The position numbers and the translations under genes were made by a program. From assembly GCA_002269645.1 (NCBI GenBank), contig NIVC01000013.1, forward strand, positions 124,001 through 188,000: a stretch of 64,000 nucleotides of DNA, in the 5' to 3' direction. This DNA is from Macrostomum lignano. Lineage: Eukaryota. Below the pieces are notes generated by a model, which worked only from the letters and a program-made list of their open reading frames with translations, searched no databases and was not told the origin of the DNA. Below are positions 56,400 to 64,000 of the stretch, one piece after another. Within the stretch, counting starts at the first letter, position 1. Every line of letters starts with the position of its first letter.

Positions 56400-57150
56400 G
56401 TACTACCTACCCTATTACTACCTACACTCCTTGCTATTATTTACCTTCCCTACTGTTCCATCTTCCCTTTTATTCCACCTTCCCTACTGTCCTGCCCCAT
56501 AAAGTTCTACCCTCCATGCAATACCCTACCTACTATCCCTCCTCTACCCTGCTGCTCTACCCTTTCTATTGTCCTACCCTCCATCCCTCCCTGCTGTCCT
56601 ACCCTACTGCTCCACCCTCTTTCCTAAATCTTGATGCTCCAACCTCCCTGTTGCCCCACTATCCCTCCTTGCTGCTCCACCTTCCCTGTCAATCCTTTCT
56701 ATTCCACTCTCCTTGCTGTCCCACCCTCGATACAGCTCCACCCTCCCTGCTGTCCTACCCTCCATACAGCTCCACCCTCCCTGCTGTCCTACCCTCCATA
56801 CAGCTCCACCCTCCCTGCTGTCCTACCCTCCATACAGCTCCATCCTCCCTGCTGTCCTACCCTCCATACAGCTCCACCCTCCCTGCTGTCCTACCCTCCA
56901 TACAGCTCCATCCTCCCTGCTGTCCTACCCTCCATACAGCTCCACCCTCCCTGCTGTCCTACCCTCCATAAAGCTCCACCCTCCCTGCTGTCCTACCCTC
57001 CATACAGCTCCACTCTCCCTGCTGTCCTACCCTCTATACAGCTCCACCCTCCCTGCTGCAACCTTCCCTACTGTCAAACCCTCCCTGCTGCCCTACCCTC
57101 TTTACTGTCCCACCATCCTTGCTGTCCCACCTTTTTTCCTGCCCCACCAC
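56400..57150. repeat. 34-bp minisatellite with degenerate flanks
   Basis: CCCTCCCTGCTGTCCTACCCTCCATACAGCTCCA, about 10 clean copies at 56705-57050. Confidence 0.95.
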
Positions 57151-57834
57151 ACTCTTTCTCTACCACCTATATCTTTCCTACCCTCCTTTTTCGCTATGCT
57201 GGATTGTTTCTTCTTTCATGGCAAAAATTGTTGCTGTTTTAATATTTTTAAAAATTTTCTGCTTTCCGAATGTCTTGGAAGGAGCATTGTTGCCAAAACT
57301 TCACTCCTGGTGTTAGTATTACGCGTGAGTGATACTTAATGATCAAGGAATAGTAGAAGCATTTTTTCTACTAGAATTATTTTTAAATCAGTCGTTTTCT
57401 CGCCGTTTTTAAAGTGTTGTTTGCCAGGCAGTGTACCCCTGAAATTTTTCTTCTCTTTTAGTAGCCATCCTATAGATGCTTCAATGGATCTCTATATGTA
57501 ACTATAAATACTGCTATTTTGCACCGTGTCAAAATTCAAAGCAATCCTTTTCCTGCCTTTCAGACCAGATTGACAGTTTGCGCGCATCTTACGCAAACTT
57601 AGGAGATGCGGAGCGCATTTTTTGGAAAATGCTGCTGCTTAACGAAAAAGTTGTAGAAAAGATTTCACGGAAAATAAGCTTCGAAAGGCTGCCAAGAAGC
57701 TTGTAATGATAAAATGATTACAATTTTATTAAATAAGGAATGTTTCTTTGTTTCTTTCAATGTTAAAGTATGGCTTCAGAAGTTAATTACTCTCCTTAAG
57801 AAATTTAGTTCTACGAGAGTATATGGAATTTCAG

Positions 57835-58208
57835 ATGGATTCTGCTGACACAGCTGGTATGCATGCCGTCGTGCTGCTTCACCCAAAAAGCGGCGGAGAA
57901 ACCAGCGTCTTCGAGTCGGACGTTATGGGGTTCTGCGAAAAGCGAAACATTGCTTCGGTAAGATATCCACCGCATATTCGTGCGGATTTTCGGAGCGTGT
58001 GTAAAATATTTTTTGTGAATTTAAGAAAGAGGGTATTACAGTGTGGTTTAGGATAAGCCATTCACAATATGTTGCTGAATGTAGCCACAACGTTTAACCT
58101 AACTAATTTTTTAGGGCCTTCAATCTGCGGTGGCAAATTCTGGGAGTGGCCCTACTACCGCAGCTGGCCTTCGTATCGCAATTAGCGAGCTTTTGCAAAG
58201 AAAATTTT
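57835..58208 (+). CDS. Two probable coding exons of an unidentified gene (57835-57957, 58115-58208)
   Basis: TTTCAG acceptor / GTAAGA donor; CTAAC branch-like motif plus TTTTTTAG acceptor / GTAAGC donor; the frame joins: ..MGFCEKRNIAS|GLQSAVANSGSGPTTAAGLRIAISELLQRKF. Confidence 0.45.
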
Positions 58209-58514
58209 GTAAGCATTTTTCTTATATGTGTTTGTGTTTTGCTGCTTTGCAACTCAGTTTGATGTACTGTGGCGCACAACGAATTAGAACCACCGAACAC
58301 AAATTAGAACTTTTCATTTTATAGCCTACACAGAATGCGGGATCTAATCAGTTATAGATAACTATGGTATCGATCAATTAAATTAATGATGTATTAGGTA
58401 CTTGCTCACAATTGAGTGTCTTTAACTTCAGAATTTAGAAAGTCACAGATTGATAAGACCACTTATTTTTTGGCTTAAAATGTGCTATAAAAAGTTCTCA
58501 AACTCTCCTTGAAT

Positions 58515-59123
58515 GGAGAAAGACAAAGCCCTATCGCCTGAGCTGTGTTGTTTGTGAAAGTCGACAATGTGCGTCCAGCAAGCACTCAGGCGCCTCAGCA
58601 GCACTGGCAGCACAGGCTGTGCCCCAAGACCTGGAAGGGCACAAAAAACTGACCTCCGACTGGATCAACGAATTGTTCTAATGTCCGAATCCAACCGTCG
58701 GCTTCCGCTGTGGTATCAACCGTGAAGTTCTGGTGTCCAGCTGCACCCCATGACTGTCCACTACCATCTATCTGGTAGCTGCTGGACTGAATGGCCGCAT
58801 TGCTAGGAAAAAAACATTGATTTCCGACTAAAAGCAGAAGCGGCGCTTGAACTTTGCCTGGCAGTTGGACGCCCTAGGACTGGACCAAGGTCATCTTAAG
58901 TGACGAGAGCAAATTTTCCCTCACTGGTTCTGATGGCCGCTGGCATGTGCGCGTCCGAGCGAGCTTGTGCGGAATTCTATCCCAGGTGCACCCTTGGCAC
59001 CGTAAAGCATGGAGCTGGAAGTTTCATGGTGTGCGCTGAATTCTCCAGGGCTGCACCTGGGCCATTGGCCAATAACTTGCATTGAGGGCATTATAGACAG
59101 TCAGAAGTACTCCACATCCACAG
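58515..59123 (+). mobile_element. Tc1-family transposase remnant
   Basis: RPGR..T..DQRIV, GRIARKK, WTKVILSDESKF, TVKHGAGSFMV, IEGIIDSQKY; multiple frameshifts. Confidence 0.85.
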
Positions 59124-59606
59124 TGTGGGGCGACGTAATACTATCTGTCATATTGCAAACTATACTCACTGGGGTCGTTGCACTCTCCTGGTGATCCGGC
59201 AGCTCTTCTGGCAACTGTCCTGGCAGCTCGGCGGCTCTCCTGGCGACTCGGCTCTCGGCTCGGCTCGGCGGCTCGACCAGGCCCGGTAGCTCGGCGGTAG
59301 CGGCACTGCGGCAGCGGCCCGACGACTCGGCACCGGCTTCCGCGGCGCCAGGCCTCGCCCAGCAGCTCTTCATCGGCCAGACCGGCTGCGCGCGATCTGT
59401 TTCTCGGCGCCAGGCTTCCTACGCTTCAGGCCGTATAGCTAGCGCGTAGTCTAGGGACATTTATTGTATTTAGGCAACTTTTAACAACTTCCAGTAGCAG
59501 TATACAAGTTTTATTTATTTTTATAGTTTTACAGTTTTATAATCAGGCCGCTGTTTTATTAAGGCCTCATGGAAGTAGATAGTAACAGTAAGCGTAGCGC
59601 TCCACG
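59124..59606. mobile_element. Possible LTR-like segment
   Basis: TGTGGGGCG ... CGCTCCACG near-inverted ends truncate the Tc1 remnant; no TSD or PBS seen. Confidence 0.3.
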
Positions 59607-59695
59607 CGACACCGACTCACCACCGAGCTTGAACAACAAAAAAGGCTAATCACCGAGATTCAGCCGGCCCGAGTCGCAAATCCGAACCAAGAACA

Positions 59696-60290
59696 ATGCT
59701 GTCTCCTTTAAGTGCGCCGCTACCTGAGACGCCTCCTCAAACTGGTGCAACCAAAGGTGAGCGGGCTGTGCCCATGCCTCCCCCTAGAAGGGACAGCTTA
59801 GAAATTAAGACAAAAAGGCAAGACAACAATTATTCGAATTCCGATTCCTGACAAGACTGATAGCAAAATCATTAATCTACCGAACAACAGCAATATTAAC
59901 TATTATCCGTCAGCTCTTAAGAGCTCTGAAAAACAGATAACGAAAATACTCACTGAAGAAATCCAGGCAAAAGCTTTTCATCATCACACCAACGGCCGAC
60001 CGGAAGCCCGGAAGGTTGTCTGGTATGGGCCTGAATACAGCTATGGTGGGTCTAAGATTCCTGCCAACGACGACTGGCACCAACTAGTCATCAGCCTTGC
60101 AACCTGGCTCAGGGCAGAGTTCAAACTTCCTGTCTTCAACTCTTGCCTCATCAACTACTACAAAGATGGGTCGATCCACATCCCATGGCACTCAGATGAT
60201 GAAGCCGAACTAGTGAATGAAGACGCTGTCGTCTTCAAAGGTGGGACGATGGTTTATATTGTGTCCATTATTGTTTATGGCTTAATTTAA
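59696..60290 (+). pseudogene. AlkB-family (ALKBH2/3-like) 2OG-Fe(II) dioxygenase fragment
   Basis: Frame starting 59802/59826 reads RKVVWYGPEYSYGG..W..FNSCLINYYKDGSIHIPWHSDDEAEL (N-x-Y and H-x-D motifs). Pro-rich 51-aa ORF upstream in another frame; homology stops near 60229. Confidence 0.85.
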
Positions 60291-60460
60291 ATTATAAAAA
60301 AACTAAGAAGCTTAGTTGATTATACAAAGTTTATGCATAACTGTTGAAATATAATATTAAAAATATTTATATAGCAAACATAAATTGCAGGTATATATTT
60401 ACTGCTAAAATACATCTTAGTGACCAATATTTCTAAATCCTACCTACCTACCTACCTAAC

Positions 60461-60690
60461 GTAGATCTGTTGCTAACTGATAGAAGCGATGCGTGATTAG
60501 ATCCCTGAGTAGATCTGTTGCTAACTGATAGAAGCGATGCGTGATTAGATCCCTGAGTAGATCTGTTGCTAATTAATAGAAGCTAACTGATGGAAGCGAT
60601 GCGTGATTAGATCCATGAGTAGATCTGTTGCTAATTGATAGATGCGTGGTTACATCCATGAGTGGATCTGTTGCTAATTAATAGAAGCAT
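60461..60690. repeat. 48-bp tandem repeat (~5 units)
   Basis: GTAGATCTGTTGCTAACTGATAGAAGCGATGCGTGATTAGATCCCTGA. Confidence 0.9.
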
Positions 60691-61274
60691 TATTAGATGC
60701 TAGATGAATTTACCAAGGACGATAAATATCACGCTTATATTTACACCAACATGGTAAATGTGTATAGGCAACTGTGTTAAAAAATTACTTAAAATTAAAA
60801 GCAATGTCGTGAAAAAATTACTTGTCATTATCTAAAAGTTGGACTAAACATAATGCTAGATAGTGGTTGCTTAAAAACGTTTTTAATTGAAGTAAATCAT
60901 TGTTCAATACAAAATTTTAAATTTACAAACAGAACAATAGAGCTTAAGGGGCATTGACTAAGCAGAGAAGCCTACAAGCGACAACAATTTACACGTATAA
61001 TGAAGTGTCAAATATTTTGATAACAATAACTAAGGGAGAAATTATTAGACTTGATTGAAATTCAAGCTCGACGGCCAAAATAGTTTTTTTAATCAGAAAA
61101 TGCTGTACCTAGTAGAGACAAGTAGAGACAAAGCCAGTAACAGTTCAAGTCAATAGTGGATACAGTAACTGTTTGAACAATTTTAAAAATGCTCAACAAA
61201 AACAAACTAAAAATTTACGCGATTCAAACACAGGTTTTCTGCGGTCAGGCCTCTTACAGAGACCGGGTTGGGAC

Positions 61275-61515
61275 CGGGACTCACGGAGGTCACATGGGGT
61301 CAGGATTCGCATAGAGGCTAGGTGGGGTCAGGATTCTCGTAGAGGTCACATGGGGTCAGGATTCGCATAGAGGCTAGGTGGGGTCAGGATTCTCGTAGAG
61401 GTCATGTGGGGTCAGGATTCTCAAAGAGGTCATATGGGGTCAGGATTCTCAAAGAGGTCATATGGGGTCAGGATTCTCAAAGAGGTCATATGGGGTCAGG
61501 ATTATCACGGAGGTC
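61275..61515. repeat. 28-bp tandem repeat
   Basis: GGGGTCAGGATTCTCAAAGAGGTCATAT variants. Confidence 0.9.
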
Positions 61516-62100
61516 GTCTCTCTTCTGTCCTTCTCTCCTCTTTGCTCTCTCATCTCTAATCTCTCCTATCTCCTCTCTGCTCTCATCTGCTCGTTTATCT
61601 ATCATTTCTCATCTCATCTCTCATCTCTCATCTCTACTCTCTTATCTCTCCTTTCTGCGCTCTCATATCTACTCTCTTCTTTCTCCTCACTACTTTTTCC
61701 TCTCTCCTCTTTTATCTCTTATCTCTCCTCTCCTTTATCTCCTCTCTGCTCTCTCATCTCTCTACTTTCTACCCTCTCCTCTCTCCCTTATCCTCTCGCT
61801 TCTCTCTCCTCTCCCTCCCCTCATCTCTACTCATTTATCTCTTCTCACTCGTCTTTCGGCTCTACTCCCTTCTGTCTCCTCTTTCACCTCTCTTACCCCC
61901 TCTCCTCTCTCCTCTCAATTCCCTCATCTCTTCTCTCGCCTTTATTCTCTTTTTTTCTTTTCTTTAATCTGTCCCTTTTAATTCTCTCTTTTCATGTTCT
62001 CTTTCATCTAATATTTTATCTACTCTTTCCTTTTCTCTATTCCCTTTCATTTAGCCATTTCATCCTGTCTATGAAACAGATATCATCAAAATCCTCTCCG
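61516..62100. repeat. CT-rich low-complexity tract (similar at 62330-62470)
   Basis: (CT)n/(CTCAT)n degenerate runs. Confidence 0.9.
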
Positions 62101-62877
62101 TTAAACTGCAATCCAGCGTGTATCATCTCCTTCAAGCTACAATCCATCAATTTAAAAAATATTATCTTTATCGAATTTCAGTCAATCAAGACTATGACAC
62201 TGAAGTCTATAAAAATATGCTTTTTACTTGTTTGAGTATACGTCAAAAAATCTTTAAAATCCTCCATAAAACCTCTGAAATATCATAGCATGTTTTCTGT
62301 TTGCAAAAACTGACTGCCATGGTCCAGACTGAGACTCTCTCCTGTCTCCTCTCTCCTCTTTGCTCCTTTATCTAATCTCTTCTCTCTGCTCTCATCTCCT
62401 CTCTCATCTCTACTCTTACTTTCTTATCAATCATCTCCCATCTCTCAACTCTCCTCTCTGCGCTCTCATCTCAGTTTTGCATGCATCTCTAGTATGCAAA
62501 ATTTCATAGTATTAACAGCTATAACAATTAATAATATTAGCAATACAAAAACTGGCAAAATCCTCTATTTATTTTTACGGGAATAACTGGGAAGATTGCA
62601 GCCTAATGAGCGATATGGCAAGCATGCCGAAGCACCATTCAATATAGTTAGGAAAGTGCAAAACACAAAGGCCTGACAGGTACAACAAAAAACTGATATA
62701 ATTACTAAAAGTTGCGTACCCTATTGTCCCGTGCATATTGGCAGTGTTGGGCACTGTAGTCTTATAATAAGCAGTGATTGCCAATCTAGCCTCACTAGCC
62801 AGCAAAACCAGCCTAAGCAACAGAGCCAAACAAATCAATCTAGCTCTAATCAACCTAGCCTACCAAATTCCGCAACT

Positions 62878-64000
62878 ATGAACTACCAACCAAAAACTAA
62901 TAACAACTCTAAATCGGCTCCAGTCATTTTCGAAATTGCACAAGAAGGAAAAGATTCTATTAAATTTGAATGGTTCCTAAAATTAAACTTCCCAGCAGTA
63001 AGAATTAGGTCAGTTAAGGACCTCTACCATAGCTCAGGCTATGTAGTAACGCCGGATCATCCTAAGGACTTTAATACAATACTATGTGCTAATCTTAAAA
63101 CTAACAAAATAAATAACTGCAAAATCACAAGGCGAACGGCAGCTAAAAGGCCAATTAGACAAGGGGATGACCAGGTGCGTGCACCACTCAAGTCACTGAC
63201 ATCTTACTCATTTATTGTCAAGCATGTACTTATCACCGTTGACGCACACGAATTAGCAAAACATCTAGCTGATTCAGAACAACAATTGCCGATCGATAGC
63301 GCTGTGCGCATCGTTTCAAGGGCAACAAGTGCACCGACTCCACATATCCGCCTCTTCACTAAGTGCAAGGGTGCGATGAAGCGGTGCATCCAGGATGGCG
63401 TCTATCTCGGATACAGCAAATTCAGGTGCGAAGAATCAATCAATCTTGCACCAGTAAAAGCAGTCCAGTGCAAAAAGTGCCAAAGACTGGGGCACCATGA
63501 AAGCAAATGCGCAGCATCAAATCAGTGCAACAAATGCACAGGAGAACATTTTTCCGCTGACTGTCCTAAAGACAGTAAGTTCAAATGTGCTAACTGCGGG
63601 GGCGAGCATCCAGCCTACTCAAACAGATGCAACAAAATCAAAGAAGCAAATGAAATTGCTACTAAAAAAGCTCACGAAAGAATCAGGGAACAAAAAGCAA
63701 AGCAAAATAACAACATTTTCGCTAGTCAGTCCCTGGGGGAGGCATTTGGTGTACCAGGTCCTCTCTCTTACGCCGACGCATCGCGACCCGGACTATCCAA
63801 ACCGATACTGGGGCCTATCCTGTATTCGAACCGCGCTGCCACTGCCGCTGCCGCTGCCGCTGCCGCCCCATCGGCCGAAGCGCCGGCGAGTCGACCGGCT
63901 CCGGCCAATCCGGCGGCAACGTCAATCTCCGCCAATCCGCCCACACTGCCGGCAGTTGTCTCCGACTCCGTCACTCCGGCCGTGCCCAAACTAGGAGTTG
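62878..64000 (+). mobile_element. Non-LTR retrotransposon ORF1 (I/Jockey-type, three zinc knuckles), runs off the window
   Basis: Open frame to the window end: QCKKCQRLGHHESKC, CNKCTGEHFSADC, CANCGGEHPAYSNRC at ~63467-63630. Missing from the ORF track, probably because it has no stop in the window. Confidence 0.88.

Overview
Repeat-rich animal genomic DNA with GT-AG introns, minisatellite-filled introns, TTAGGG tracts and nested transposons. The style suggests a free-living flatworm such as Macrostomum, but that is inference only. Host genes: (i) the last two exons of an LDLa-motif single-pass membrane protein with a polyQ tail (4367-6348); (ii) a tandem pair of six-exon orphan type I membrane protein genes (8078-12791, 17662-19902), fully reconstructable from splice sites; (iii) two probable exons of an unidentified gene (57835-58208). 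The rest is mostly TEs: tRNA-derived SINEs, a near-intact LOA/I-group LINE with RNase H, four Ty3/Gypsy elements plus a solo LTR, a Copia remnant, mariner, Tc1, two THAP/P-type transposons and a LINE ORF1. Headline: a 9.8-kb Polinton/Maverick (20987-30815; AGTAGT termini, ~600-bp TIRs, perfect 6-bp TSD, decayed protein-primed PolB). It carries an intact TATA-binding-protein-like ORF, a decayed tandem PC4-like gene and TATA boxes at the inner ends of its TIRs, suggesting an element-encoded mini transcription module. A truncated, intronless AlkB-type dioxygenase that the ORF track missed lies at 59.8-60.2 kb. All family assignments are motif recognition by eye; no searches were run.
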